A stretch of 64,000 bases of DNA from an uncultured Oscillospiraceae bacterium (GCA_964450645.1 CAYVEB010000005.1:178-64177); one strand, 5' to 3'; shown: positions 28,216 through 38,621, counted from the first letter of the stretch. Notes: generated by a model from the sequence alone, not told the origin. A program made the numbers and translations.

Positions 28216-30768
28216 ATGTCGACTTTTCGAACAAAACTACTTACAAATTGGCGCGGTAAACTGCTGTCTTTGGGTTTTTTCACGCTGTCATTTGTGTATT
28301 TAGAGGTATTGCTTCATCTGTTTACCTATCGCTCCTTGAGCGGGCGGATTGTCTATCCCATTTTATTTGCCTTGGTTTCCGGCACGGTTTTGTATCTGAT
28401 CAGTTCCCTGCTGCCGCGCAAGGCAAACCGGATTATCGGCCTGTGCGCGATCATTCTGATGGTCGTCTATTTTGAAGTTCAACTGGTCTATCACGGAATT
28501 TTTGGCAGCTTCATGCCCATCTCCAACGTGATCTACGGCGCCGACGCAGTGACCAATTTTACCAGCCAGATTTTCTATGGCATTTGGCAAAATATAATTC
28601 CCTTCCTGCTGTTTTTGCTGCCGATTCCCGTTGCCGCGCTTGGGTTTTTCCGCGGCCCGCTGAAAATGGAACGTTTGAATTGGGCGCAGGCGCTTGCGTG
28701 CTGCCTGCTTATATCGGTGTGTACCATCGGCACATGGGGCGTGATGCGTCTGTGCGGCAACGCGCCCGGCTCCGCCTATTGGTTCTTGGTCAGTCCGAAC
28801 ACTTCCACAGAGGGCAGTATCAAAAATGTCGGCTTGGCGATTACCACGCTGCAAGAGGCCCGAGGAATGCTCTCCGGCAGCGGCAAAGTCAATTATTTTG
28901 TCAGCGACTTAAACGGTTCCGCTTCGGAAATGGTTGGCAACGAATCCATGTACAACGTCGCGAACCTGGACTTTGTTTCGCTGATGGAAAAGGGCGGCAA
29001 CGAGCAGCAAACCGCTCTGGACCGCTATTTCAGCACCATCGCGGCCACGAAGAAAAATGAATACACCGGCTTGGCGGAGGGCTATAACCTTATTATGCTG
29101 TGCTGCGAGTCCTTTTCCCGCTATCTGATCGACCCCGTGCTGACCCCCACGCTCTATAAACTCAGCACAAACGGGTTTGTCTTCAACAACTTCTATTGCA
29201 GCTTCCCGAACGTAACCACCAACGGTGAGTACGCCTTCTGCATGGGGCTGCTGCCGGATATGACCCGAACCAAAACCGCTTCTACCTTTGACGAGGCGAG
29301 CGACAATTACCTGCCCTACGCCATGGGCAACGTGTTTTCCTCCATGGGCGCGCGGGCATTCGCCTACCACAACTATTACGGAACATTTTATGACCGGGAC
29401 GTATCCCACGCCAACATGGGCTATGATTTTAAGGCCATCGGCAGCGGCCTGGAGATCCCGGTGGACTGGCCTTCGTCGGACAAGGATATGATCGAAGCCT
29501 CACTGGACGATCTCCTCGCGGAAGATTCCCAGTTTGTCGCCTACTACATGACCTTCAGCGGCCATTATCAGTACAACTGGGACAATGCCATGAGCGCCAA
29601 AAACCGCAGCGCTGTAGAGGATCTCCCCTATTCCGATACCGTAAAGGCTTATTGGGCCTGCAACCTGGAGCTGGAATATGCGCTCTCCCTTTTGATGGAC
29701 CGCCTGGAAGAGGCTGGAGTTGCGGATCGCACGGTGATCTGCCTCACTGCCGACCACTATCCCTACGGATTGTCCGAGGAAGAATATAATGAACTGGCCG
29801 GCGAAAAGGTCGACACGACGTTTGGCAAATACCACAGCTCATTTATCTGCTATGTGCCCAATATTGAGCCGGTCGTCGTGGACGACTATTGCAGCAGCAT
29901 CGACATCCTGCCCACGCTCCTGAACCTGTTTGGAATCAACTACGACTCTCGTCTGCTGGCAGGCCGGGATGTCCTGGCGGACTGTACCCACGTGGCTATC
30001 CTCGCGGACCGCAGCTATCTGACCGATACGTTCCGCTACGACGCCGCCACCGGGAAGGCGGAGTCCTACGACGGCTCCCCGGTCAATTCCCAGATCGTGC
30101 AGGCCTATTGCGACTACGTTGCCAATCTGTTCTCCATTTCCACGGAGATTCTTCAAACAGACTATTACGCCCATGTATTTGACGGCAAGGCGGTGAACTA
30201 CAGCGGATATATGTCGTTTACAGACGTTAAAAACGTTTTCATGGAATCCGGCGTCCTGTTTGTATCGCAGAATGGCTATATGCTTCCGGACTCCCAGTCC
30301 GTCTTCGGCATCGACCGGAATGCCGATATAGGAGAGTGTCTCAACGCGTTCTATCAAATTGACGGCACACCCGCTGTCGGCCAGGATGCGGCGCTTGCGG
30401 CGGATACGCCCTACCGCGACGCGGTGCTCTGGGCGAAAGAGGTCGGCCTGATCGAGGACTATGACCAAGCGAGCCAGTCTTTGTCCTATGAGTGGATGTC
30501 CCTGTTGATGGCCCGGTATGGATACCTGCGGTGCAGCAGCTTTGACATCGGAATGGACGAGCAGGAGCTGCAGCAAGCCAAGGCTGATTATCCGAATCTC
30601 ACGGAGGAATCTCTCCGCGCCATGTTCTGGAGCAAGGATGTGGGCATTATCAACGGCGTCCAGGACGGCCCGCTCTATCCCAGCGCGGATATGACCATCA
30701 ACCGCGGGCAATTGGCCGCTTTCCTGCAGCGGTTCTATTTCAAGTACATTTTTGGCCCAAACCAATAA
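28216..30768 (+). CDS. LTA-synthase/sulfatase-family membrane protein with C-terminal SLH-like repeats
   Basis: About 5 N-terminal TM helices. Sulfatase core (LIMLCCESFSRYL...NVTTNGEYAF...DHYPYG). The C-terminal 200 aa or so contain W..DVG(I/L)I.G...L.P...(I/M)(T/N)RGQ-like SLH signatures. Confidence 0.8.
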   Translation: MSTFRTKLLTNWRGKLLSLGFFTLSFVYLEVLLHLFTYRSLSGRIVYPILFALVSGTVLYLISSLLPRKANRIIGLCAIILMVVYFEVQLVYHGIFGSFMPISNVIYGADAVTNFTSQIFYGIWQNIIPFLLFLLPIPVAALGFFRGPLKMERLNWAQALACCLLISVCTIGTWGVMRLCGNAPGSAYWFLVSPNTSTEGSIKNVGLAITTLQEARGMLSGSGKVNYFVSDLNGSASEMVGNESMYNVANLDFVSLMEKGGNEQQTALDRYFSTIAATKKNEYTGLAEGYNLIMLCCESFSRYLIDPVLTPTLYKLSTNGFVFNNFYCSFPNVTTNGEYAFCMGLLPDMTRTKTASTFDEASDNYLPYAMGNVFSSMGARAFAYHNYYGTFYDRDVSHANMGYDFKAIGSGLEIPVDWPSSDKDMIEASLDDLLAEDSQFVAYYMTFSGHYQYNWDNAMSAKNRSAVEDLPYSDTVKAYWACNLELEYALSLLMDRLEEAGVADRTVICLTADHYPYGLSEEEYNELAGEKVDTTFGKYHSSFICYVPNIEPVVVDDYCSSIDILPTLLNLFGINYDSRLLAGRDVLADCTHVAILADRSYLTDTFRYDAATGKAESYDGSPVNSQIVQAYCDYVANLFSISTEILQTDYYAHVFDGKAVNYSGYMSFTDVKNVFMESGVLFVSQNGYMLPDSQSVFGIDRNADIGECLNAFYQIDGTPAVGQDAALAADTPYRDAVLWAKEVGLIEDYDQASQSLSYEWMSLLMARYGYLRCSSFDIGMDEQELQQAKADYPNLTEESLRAMFWSKDVGIINGVQDGPLYPSADMTINRGQLAAFLQRFYFKYIFGPNQ

Positions 30769-30786
30769 ATGTGCAATTACAAAATC

Positions 30787-30828
30787 ATCGCCCGGCTCCA
30801 CACAAACGGAGCTGGGCGATTTGTTTGC
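30787..30828. terminator. Bidirectional terminator between convergent genes
   Basis: ATCGCCCGGCTCC acacaaac GGAGCTGGGCGAT forms 13 bp with one G-U pair. It is flanked by T-rich runs on both strands. Confidence 0.7.
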
Positions 30829-30842
30829 AAAAATGTAGTTCG

Positions 30843-31760
30843 TCAAAAAATTCCCGGAATCACCCTTGCAAGGGCCATGCCAGCACAGCAGGATATTATA
30901 TTCGCCACAAAGGAATAGAGTACATAATACCAGTTTTTCTTTTTCCGCAACGAGGCTTTTTTCAGCAAAATACAGTACAACACCGCTTCGACCGCGATAA
31001 TCCCCCCTTCAAGCAAAATATAGCAGATTGTAAAAGCCAGCGGGCCGGAGCGGTAATCAATGATATTCAGAAGTACATTCAAAATCACTTGGGTCGCCGC
31101 ATTGACGCCCATCAAAACCAACTGTTGTTTTTTCTCCCAAAATCCGAACAGCAGCGCAACGATTATTTCAACCAGAATCGTGAGCACAATCCGCACAAGG
31201 AGGGATCGGATTTCCGGGCCGTATTCATAGGAACGGTCGGCTTTGAGGGCTTGAACCGCGTTACTTGGTTCACCGTATTCCAAGAATCCGGGCCCCACGC
31301 CAGTCATATCCACGGTATAATATGTGTCAAATGCATACTGGCTTAAGATCCCGCTAACGGCAAACGTACCGCTCTGCGGCCAATACAGCAGAATTTTAAA
31401 GCTGCTCGGCGGGTAATACGTCCAGATAATCTCCTTTGACTCGTTGACCTGCCAACATTCCTGCAAAAAATAATAGCTGTCAGAATCCGCATAGTCCACA
31501 AAGGCTTTCCAAGTGGCGTAATCCAGATCGGAGCCACTCACCCATCCGTGGTGTTCCTCGCCGTCCCAGGCGCTGTATGGGCCAGTCGACGTATCCTTGG
31601 AAAGCAGCGTGCCGTAGCACAGTTCATCTTCCATGTTTTTAAAGTAAATTCGCACCGACTCCTTCGGCCCCATATCCGCCTGGGCCGGGACGCAGAACCC
31701 AACAATCAGAAGCCCCGCGAACAGCAGCATCCGCAGAGTCCTTGAAAATTTTCCTTGCAA
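30843..31760 (-). CDS. Hypothetical secreted-domain plus 4-TM membrane protein
   Basis: Signal peptide (LLFAGLLIVGFCVPAQA), then DMGPKESVRIYF and a Trp/Tyr-rich domain of about 170 aa. Four C-terminal TM helices follow. No catalytic motif was recognised. Confidence 0.6.
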   Translation of the reverse strand: MQGKFSRTLRMLLFAGLLIVGFCVPAQADMGPKESVRIYFKNMEDELCYGTLLSKDTSTGPYSAWDGEEHHGWVSGSDLDYATWKAFVDYADSDSYYFLQECWQVNESKEIIWTYYPPSSFKILLYWPQSGTFAVSGILSQYAFDTYYTVDMTGVGPGFLEYGEPSNAVQALKADRSYEYGPEIRSLLVRIVLTILVEIIVALLFGFWEKKQQLVLMGVNAATQVILNVLLNIIDYRSGPLAFTICYILLEGGIIAVEAVLYCILLKKASLRKKKNWYYVLYSFVANIISCCAGMALARVIPGIF

Positions 31761-31838
31761 CTCCGTCCTCCTATCTTACTTGGGCAAACGCGAAATGAGG
31801 CGCATTTTCAGCGACCGCCTCTACTGCGTTCTAATTTT

Positions 31839-32294
31839 TCACGGATGTGCGTTTTCCTCCTCCAGGTAGCGTTCCAGAATTTCTGCAGCGCCGGCAATCA
31901 ACCTAAGGCAAGGCCGTGTGGCGTAGTAGGCCGCGTCCCTGACCTGGGGATCCGGCCCGGGCATAACCGGGCAATCCTTGAGCAACTCGCGGCAGATGAT
32001 GCTGCCATGCTCCTTGCGAAAGGTATCCACCAGCTCTCGCACGGCCGCATAGTGCGCGATCTTCGCCTGCCGGTCATCCGGGTCGCTGTACCCACGCAAA
32101 TACCCGAGCGCCAACAGCATCCCGCTCACAGCGCCGCATGTCTCCCGCAGCCGTCCCATGCCGCCGCCAAAGGACGAGGCAAGCCTTGCGGCCTCCTGTT
32201 CTGAAAGCCCCCGTGAAAAGGCCAAAAATACCGACTGCGCGCAGTTGTATCCCCGCCGGAACCACATCTGCGCATCCTGCGCCGCCTGACTCAT
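31839..32294 (-). CDS. C_GCAxxG_C_C family protein
   Basis: GYNCAQSVFLAF, SFGGGMG and ETCGAVSG match the family signature. Confidence 0.85.
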   Translation of the reverse strand: MSQAAQDAQMWFRRGYNCAQSVFLAFSRGLSEQEAARLASSFGGGMGRLRETCGAVSGMLLALGYLRGYSDPDDRQAKIAHYAAVRELVDTFRKEHGSIICRELLKDCPVMPGPDPQVRDAAYYATRPCLRLIAGAAEILERYLEEENAHP

Positions 32295-32449
32295 CGCTCG
32301 TCTCCATCCTCCTTTGCAAACCGCACCCCATACCGGCGCATCATAAACCGTACCGGGTAGTAATGGTTTAAGGCGCCAGCTATGCCGGTGGCGCCCGAAA
32401 ACAATGCGGGCGCCCCACCGATAAAGCGGGACGCCCCAAAATTTTCCCT

Positions 32450-34402
32450 TTACTCCTCGGCCTGCGCCTCTTCCGCGGCCGGTTCCGTCAACAGCGCGCG
32501 GATGGACAGCGAAATCCGCTTGCCTTCCTCGTCAATGTCGATGATCTTCGCATCCACTTCCTGACCCTCGGACAAAACGTCCTCCGGCTTGCCAATCCGG
32601 CGGTCGGCGATCTGGCTGATGTGGATCAAGCCGTCAACACCGGGGATGATTTCCGCAAACGCGCCGAAGGTCATCAGCTTGGCGATCTTCACCTTCGTCA
32701 CATCGCCCACCTTGAACTTGGCCAGAAACTGGTTCCACGGATTCATCTCAGGGGTCTTGTATCCCAGGCTAATCTTTCTCTTTTCCGGATCAAAGGAAAT
32801 GACATAGACCTCGATCTGGTCGCCAACCTTAACCACTTCAGACGGATGGTGGATACGGGACCAAGACAGCTCGGACACGTGTACCATTCCGTCCACGCCG
32901 CCAATGTCGACAAACGCGCCGAACGAAGTCATGGACTTGACTGTGCCAAGATACTTTTTGCCGACCTCGATATTTGCCCAGACAGCCTCGATCGCGGCCC
33001 TGCGCTCCTCGGCCAGTACGGCGCGGATAGAGCCGACCACTCTGCGGCGGGCGCGGTTGACTTCCGTAATCTTCATCCTCGCGGGCTTGCCCTTCAGTGC
33101 GGACAGCTCACCGCCTCTGGCAACGCCGGACTGGGACGCGGGGATAAATACTCGGACGCCTTTATAGTTCGCCACCAGACCGCCCTTGTTTTCCTCGGTG
33201 ACATTGGCGGTAATGACGGTTTTGTTTTCGCAAGCTTCCTCGATTTCGTTCCAAACCTTTTCGCCCTCCAGCTTCTTCTTGGACAGCTGGACGGTTCCCT
33301 CGCCGTCGTTGACGCGGACGACAAAGACCTCAATCTCGTCGCCGACCTTCAACACATCCTCCGGCTTTACAGCAGGATCGGAACTGACTTCGTCGGTGGG
33401 AATGTAACCGGCGTGCTTGGTTCCCAGATCAACCTGGACTTCCGTAGAGCCGACGGCCACAACAGTACCAAGTACCTTGTCTCCTGTATTTAAAGTCTTG
33501 ATAGACGCATCGAGCATAGCCTCAAAGCTTTCCTCCATTGCATTATCAGCGGTATTCAATTCGCTCATCGTTTTTTTGACCTCCTTTATTATCCACGCGG
33601 GAGTTGACGCTCCAGCAGTGATGCCGATATGAGCAGCATCCTGAAAATCTGTGGGATTCAACTCCGAGGCGTTGTCCACCAGAAAAACGCGCCGGCAGTT
33701 CCGGCCGCAAATCATAGCCAGCCTGCCCGTGTTGGAACTTTCGGCGTCCCCAACGACCACAACAGCGTCGCACCGTTTGGCAAGCAAAGCGGCTTCTGTT
33801 TGTCTGTTTTCAGTTGCTCTGCATATTGTATCAAAAATTTTGTAATTTGTACATACCTTTTCTACAATTTTTTCGCAACTTTCCCATAAAAATTTTGTGG
33901 AAGTAGTCTGCGAAACCATGGAAATCGGCAAATGAACGTGCTTTTCGTCGCCTGTCAGCCACGCCTCCAATTCCTCCGGCGTTTCAAACACCATCGGATG
34001 CCGGCACCAGCCCGAGATCGCCACAATTTCCGGGTGGGATCTGGTTCCAATGATAACCGGGACTCTCCCTTCCTCCTCCGCCGTCATCACCAACCGATGG
34101 ATGCGCTTCACAAAGGGGCATGTGGCGTCAATAATTTCCAAATTGCGCGCTTTCAGCGCCTCGTACGTGGCCCGGGGAACGCCGTGGCTGCGGATAATGA
34201 CCGCGCAGCCGTCCGGAATTTGCTCCACTTCCCCGGCCACCAGCACGCCCATCTCCTCAAAATGACGCACCACATGGCGATTGTGGATGATCGGTCCCAG
34301 GGTCACGGCGCGCTTGCCCTCCCGCACGGCACGCTCCACTAGCTCCACCGCACGATTCACGCCGAAACAAAATCCGGCTGTCTTTGCAACTTCTATCCTC
34401 AT
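32450..34402 (-). CDS. ispH: Bifunctional 4-hydroxy-3-methylbut-2-enyl diphosphate reductase / ribosomal protein S1 fusion
   Basis: The N-terminal 280 aa or so are IspH (AGFCFGVNRAV, three Cys ligands). The C-terminus carries four S1 OB repeats (GDKVLGTVV..., GVRVFIPASQ, GKKYLGTVKS, VGDVTKVKIAK). This fusion is well known in Clostridia. Confidence 0.92.
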   Translation of the reverse strand: MRIEVAKTAGFCFGVNRAVELVERAVREGKRAVTLGPIIHNRHVVRHFEEMGVLVAGEVEQIPDGCAVIIRSHGVPRATYEALKARNLEIIDATCPFVKRIHRLVMTAEEEGRVPVIIGTRSHPEIVAISGWCRHPMVFETPEELEAWLTGDEKHVHLPISMVSQTTSTKFLWESCEKIVEKVCTNYKIFDTICRATENRQTEAALLAKRCDAVVVVGDAESSNTGRLAMICGRNCRRVFLVDNASELNPTDFQDAAHIGITAGASTPAWIIKEVKKTMSELNTADNAMEESFEAMLDASIKTLNTGDKVLGTVVAVGSTEVQVDLGTKHAGYIPTDEVSSDPAVKPEDVLKVGDEIEVFVVRVNDGEGTVQLSKKKLEGEKVWNEIEEACENKTVITANVTEENKGGLVANYKGVRVFIPASQSGVARGGELSALKGKPARMKITEVNRARRRVVGSIRAVLAEERRAAIEAVWANIEVGKKYLGTVKSMTSFGAFVDIGGVDGMVHVSELSWSRIHHPSEVVKVGDQIEVYVISFDPEKRKISLGYKTPEMNPWNQFLAKFKVGDVTKVKIAKLMTFGAFAEIIPGVDGLIHISQIADRRIGKPEDVLSEGQEVDAKIIDIDEEGKRISLSIRALLTEPAAEEAQAEE

Positions 34403-34403
34403 C

Positions 34404-35003
34404 TTAAACTTCCAGACGATAACACCGATCCATCATTTCCCGTGCCAGCCGTGTCTGCTCCCCGGGCGGAATGTGGCGGCCGGTGGTTTCAACCATATAG
34501 GGTTTCCCGTAGGTAATCTGGATGGGGCGGAACAGCTTCTTCTCCCGGCTGACGTACGCGGGAACCACAGGCACCTTGCACCGCGCGGCCAGTAATACCG
34601 CACCGGCCTTGGGTTCGATCCGCTGTCCAGGCCGAACCCGCGTACCCTCGGGAAACACCAGTAGCGCCTGTCCCGAGCGCAGAACCTTTATCGCCGTTAT
34701 CACAGCGCCGGCGTCGTTGCCTTCCCGGTCCACCGGGAAGGCACCCAGCTTGCCCAAAAACCAGCTGAAGATCGGAATCTCCATCAGCTCCTTTTTGGCC
34801 ATAATTCGAAAAAGCCGCTTCGGGTGCAACGCGAGGCCCAGATAAATTGGATCCGTGGACGCGCTGTGGTTGCACACCATCATATACGGCTCCGCGGGGA
34901 CATTCTCCTTGCCCGACACGCGCCAACAGGGATGTATTACATGAAAAACCACCCAAAGCAGATAATATGCGACTTGATAAAGCCCACGGGATTGCTTGAT
35001 CAT
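34404..35003 (-). CDS. plsC: 1-acyl-sn-glycerol-3-phosphate acyltransferase
   Basis: HX4D motif (CNHSASTDP) and the FPEGTR motif. Confidence 0.9.
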   Translation of the reverse strand: MIKQSRGLYQVAYYLLWVVFHVIHPCWRVSGKENVPAEPYMMVCNHSASTDPIYLGLALHPKRLFRIMAKKELMEIPIFSWFLGKLGAFPVDREGNDAGAVITAIKVLRSGQALLVFPEGTRVRPGQRIEPKAGAVLLAARCKVPVVPAYVSREKKLFRPIQITYGKPYMVETTGRHIPPGEQTRLAREMMDRCYRLEV

Positions 35004-35686
35004 AGACCAACACGCTCCTTGATGGTGGTCATCACCGCTTCAATACTCTCTTCCAGCGTCATATCGCCGGTATCCAGCAAAATTGCGTCTTCGGCGCGCT
35101 TTAACGGCGCCAGCTTGCGGGTTCGATCCTGCTCGTCGCGCCGCTCCATGTCCCGCAGCACCGTTTCAAACCGGCACTTCGGATCCTTTTCCAGCAACTG
35201 CGCAAATCGCCTGCGGGCGCGAACCTCCACAGGAGCCGTCAGAAAAATCTTTACATTGGCGTGGGGCAGTACCACCGTACCAATATCCCGGCCATCCATG
35301 ATCACATGGTTATTCCTGGCCACATCCCGCTGAACGTCCAGCAGGAAATCCCGCACCACAGCGTGCGCCGAAATCTGAGAGGAAATGGCGCTCATCTCCG
35401 GCGTGCGGATCTCCTCGCTCACGTCCACGCCGTTGAGAATCATACGCTGCGTCCCCTCATCGTCGTATTCCAAGCGCAGATTTACATCGTCGATCAGCCG
35501 CGTAATCCCGTCCACGTCGCGCGGACCAATGCCCATCAGTGCCATGTGGTAGCCGACCGTACGGTAGATAGCCCCCGTATCGACATACCGAAAGCCCAGC
35601 CCCTTGGCCACTGCTTTGGCGATGGTACTCTTCCCCGCGCCGGCAGGCCCGTCAATCGCAACCGAATAAAACTCGTTCATAATCAC
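35000..35686 (-). CDS. cmk: Cytidylate kinase
   Basis: P-loop AIDGPAGAGKST and the YVDTGAIYR motif. Confidence 0.95.
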   Translation of the reverse strand: MIMNEFYSVAIDGPAGAGKSTIAKAVAKGLGFRYVDTGAIYRTVGYHMALMGIGPRDVDGITRLIDDVNLRLEYDDEGTQRMILNGVDVSEEIRTPEMSAISSQISAHAVVRDFLLDVQRDVARNNHVIMDGRDIGTVVLPHANVKIFLTAPVEVRARRRFAQLLEKDPKCRFETVLRDMERRDEQDRTRKLAPLKRAEDAILLDTGDMTLEESIEAVMTTIKERVGL

Positions 35687-36896
35687 ACCTCATCCATATC
35701 CGTTGCCTCGCAGCTTGCCCGCGCCGCCGCGTAGGCTGTCGCCCAGGCAATCTGTAAATTAAATCCGCCGGTATAGGCGTTTACATCCAGAATTTCCCCC
35801 GCAAAATACAGGCCCTTGACCAATTTCGACTCCATCGTCTTGGGCTGTACCTGCGAAACCTGCACGCCCCCGGCGGTGATAATCGCCTCCTCCACCGGAC
35901 GCAGGCCGGAAATCGCCACCGGAAAGCGCTTGGTCAGCGCCAAAAGCGCTCGCCGCTGCTGCTTCGTGATGGAGTGGACTTTGGTCTGCGGCGCAATGCC
36001 GCTGCGCGCCACCATCACCGGGACCATCGTTTTGGGATACAGATCAAACAGCGCGTTTTCAAAGTTGCGGTTTTGATAGGCCGCGAAGTCCCGCAAAATG
36101 CGCTCCTCCAGCTTCTTTTCATCCAATGCCGGCTTCAGGTCTATCGTCACGGTATATTTTTTGTTCGGCTCCATATGGGCCGACAGCGACAAAATCGTCG
36201 GCCCGGACAGACCAAAGTGGGTAAAGAGCAGCTCACCGAATTCCTCATGCACCAGCTTCTGGTTTTCCGCATACAGCCGCACGCCCACATTGCGCAGACT
36301 CAGCCCCCGCATCTTGGCGCACCAATCGCCGTCCTCAACCATGGGCACTAGGGAACCCGCAGGCGGAACAATGGTGTGCCCCAGCGCCGCTGCCATGGCG
36401 TAGCCGTCGCCCGTCGAGCCGGTGGCGGGATAACTTTTGCCGCCAGTTGCAAGGATGACGCATTTTGCCCGGATCTCCCGGCCGCCGCAGACGACGCCGA
36501 CGACGCGCCCATTCTCCGTCACAATCCGCTCCGCCCTCGCGTGGAACACCGGGACGCCCCGGATCGCGTCTTTCAGCGCCGCGATGATCGACGCGGATTT
36601 GTCGCTGACCGGGAACACCCGGTTGCCCCGCTCGGTCTTTAACGGGCAGCCGTGGCGCTCAAAGAAGGCTTTTGTCCGCTCCGGAGGAAAACCATACATG
36701 GCAGAGTATAAAAACCGGCCGTTTCGGGGCGTATTTTTAAGTACCTCTTCGGCGGTGCAATCGTTTGTCACGTTGCACCTTCCCTTGCGTTCTTTTCCAG
36801 CAACAGAACCGGCTTGCCCAATTCCGCCGCCGTCGCTGCGGCAAACATCCCCGCGGCGCCCCCGCCAAGGATTACAATTTCGGGTTCCTTCCTCAT
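35683..36896 (-). pseudogene. HI0933/BaiN-like NAD(P)/FAD-dependent oxidoreductase, frameshifted near codon 38
   Basis: ATG at 36896 gives MRKEPEIVILGGGAAGMFAAATAAELGKPVLLLEKNAREGAT*. A second frame continues KGRCNVTNDCT...RGNRVFPVSDKSASII...ATGGKSYPATGSTGDGY to the stop at 35683. The LGKK..ITG segment usually between EKN and KGRCN is missing. Confidence 0.7.
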
Positions 36897-37004
36897 ATTC
36901 CTCGCACAATTCCAGCAAATAGGCAAAACACAGTTTTGCCCGTGTAAAAATCGATATTATGATACAAGAAAAACCGGAATTTTGCAAGAGCAATTTCCGG
37001 TTTT

Positions 37005-37754
37005 TTATGAATTTTCGCGCGACAACATCGCTCCTTGTTCTCCTCGCGCGCCGCACGCGCCGCGCAGCAGCGACAGTTCCTCCGGCTGTAAGTAACGCCA
37101 CTTCCCCTTCGGCAGATCGCCCAGCCGCAGCGGTCCTTCCGCAACGCGGCACAGCCTTGTCACGCGCAGCTCCGCCATTTGGCACATGCGGCGAATCTGA
37201 CGGTTTCGCCCCTCGCGCAGCGTAATCTCCAAACGGGCGGTATTGCCGCGGCGCTCGCAAAGCCGCACCTCCGGCGCCAGAATCGGCCGCCCGTCCAGAT
37301 CGATCCGGCGGCGCAGCCTTTCCTCCGCCCCCGCGTAGAACCCGCTGACCCACAGCATATAGACCTTTTTCACCTGGCAGCTGGGGTGCGTCAGGCGGTT
37401 TGCAAGCTGACCGTCGTTGGTGCAGAGCAAAAGCCCCTCGGAATAACAGTCCAGCCTTCCCACCGGGAATACCCGCGCCGGACAGTCCGCAAGCAGATCG
37501 GCCACAGTTTTGCGGCCCTTTTCGTCCGACAGCGTTGTGACAAATCCCCTCGGCTTGTGGAGCATCAAATAGACCTTCTCCACCCGCGGCCGCAGTATAA
37601 TACCGTCAACCTCTACCCGATCCTTCTCCAAATCCGCGCCGTCGCCCAGCCGCGCCACGGCTCCGTTGACCCGAACCCGTCCAGCCGCGATCCACGCCTC
37701 CGCGGTTCGCCGCGAAGCCAGCCCACATTCGGCAATCAGCTTTTGCAAACGCAT
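37005..37754 (-). CDS. rluB: Pseudouridine synthase (RluB/RsuA family) with S4 domain
   Basis: S4 N-terminus MRLQKLIAECGLASRR...GRVRVNG and the catalytic motif GRLDCYSEGLLL. Confidence 0.9.
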   Translation of the reverse strand: MRLQKLIAECGLASRRTAEAWIAAGRVRVNGAVARLGDGADLEKDRVEVDGIILRPRVEKVYLMLHKPRGFVTTLSDEKGRKTVADLLADCPARVFPVGRLDCYSEGLLLCTNDGQLANRLTHPSCQVKKVYMLWVSGFYAGAEERLRRRIDLDGRPILAPEVRLCERRGNTARLEITLREGRNRQIRRMCQMAELRVTRLCRVAEGPLRLGDLPKGKWRYLQPEELSLLRGACGARGEQGAMLSRENS

Positions 37755-37766
37755 AAATTCTCCCAA

Positions 37767-38573
37767 TTATTCCGGCCCGTTTACTGTCAGCAAAAAGCCA
37801 TAATCCAATAGTTTTGTATGGTCGTTCCAGTCGTCCGGCGCGCCGATGGTCACCGCTACCAGGCGGCGCCCGTCCCGTTCCGCCGCCGAGACCAGAATCC
37901 GGCCCGCAGCGCGGGTAAAGCCCGTCTTGACGCCGATGCAGCCGTCGTACCGCCACAAAAGCTTATTGTGATTGGTCACCGCGCGGTTACCGCCAAGCGT
38001 TGCCGTCTTGGTGCTGACGACTTCGGCAAACGTCTCGTTTTCCAGCGCGTACTGCGTCAGCAGCGCCAAATCCCGCGCCGTGGCATAGTTCCCCTCGTCG
38101 TCCAGCCCGTTGGGGTTGGCAAAATGCGCGCCGGACAGGTGGAGCTCGTCCGCTTTCTCGTTCATCATGGACACAAACGCTTCCACGCTGCCTCCACAGT
38201 GGATCGCCAGCGCCACCGCCGCGTCGTTGCCCGACTGAAGCATCAGGCCATAGAGCAGATCCCCAACGCTCAGGACTTCACCGTTTTTCAAATACAGCGA
38301 CGAACCCTCTACGCCGACGGCTTCCTCCGGAATCGAGACGTCCTCGTCCAAATCGCATTGCTCCGCGATTAGCAGCCCGGTCATAATTTTCGTCGTGCTG
38401 GCAATCAGCGCTTTCTTGTCGGCGTTCTTTTCATATAATACGCGGCTGGCGGTGCAGTCATATAAAATTGCAGACTGTGCGGAGACCGATGGCGGCTCCG
38501 CCGCGGAAACCCGCGGGACACTCAACAAAACCGCCGCGATTACAACCGTTATTTGCAGAAACTTCCTACGCAT
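37767..38573 (-). CDS. D-alanyl-D-alanine carboxypeptidase (S11)
   Basis: Signal peptide, the SxxK motif ASTTKIMT and the SGND motif. Confidence 0.9.
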   Translation of the reverse strand: MRRKFLQITVVIAAVLLSVPRVSAAEPPSVSAQSAILYDCTASRVLYEKNADKKALIASTTKIMTGLLIAEQCDLDEDVSIPEEAVGVEGSSLYLKNGEVLSVGDLLYGLMLQSGNDAAVALAIHCGGSVEAFVSMMNEKADELHLSGAHFANPNGLDDEGNYATARDLALLTQYALENETFAEVVSTKTATLGGNRAVTNHNKLLWRYDGCIGVKTGFTRAAGRILVSAAERDGRRLVAVTIGAPDDWNDHTKLLDYGFLLTVNGPE

Positions 38574-38621
38574 TTTTCATCACCGGGCTTATTATATCCC
38601 GTGATGGAAAAAAAGAATTTG

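Noticed and set aside
36897-37353. N-terminal 150 aa or so of the 556-aa track ORF 35683-37353
   Set aside because: This part overlaps rluB in another frame and is Arg/Ala/Gly junk. The real flavoprotein N-terminus (MRKEPEIVILGGGAAG) starts at 36896 in a different frame.
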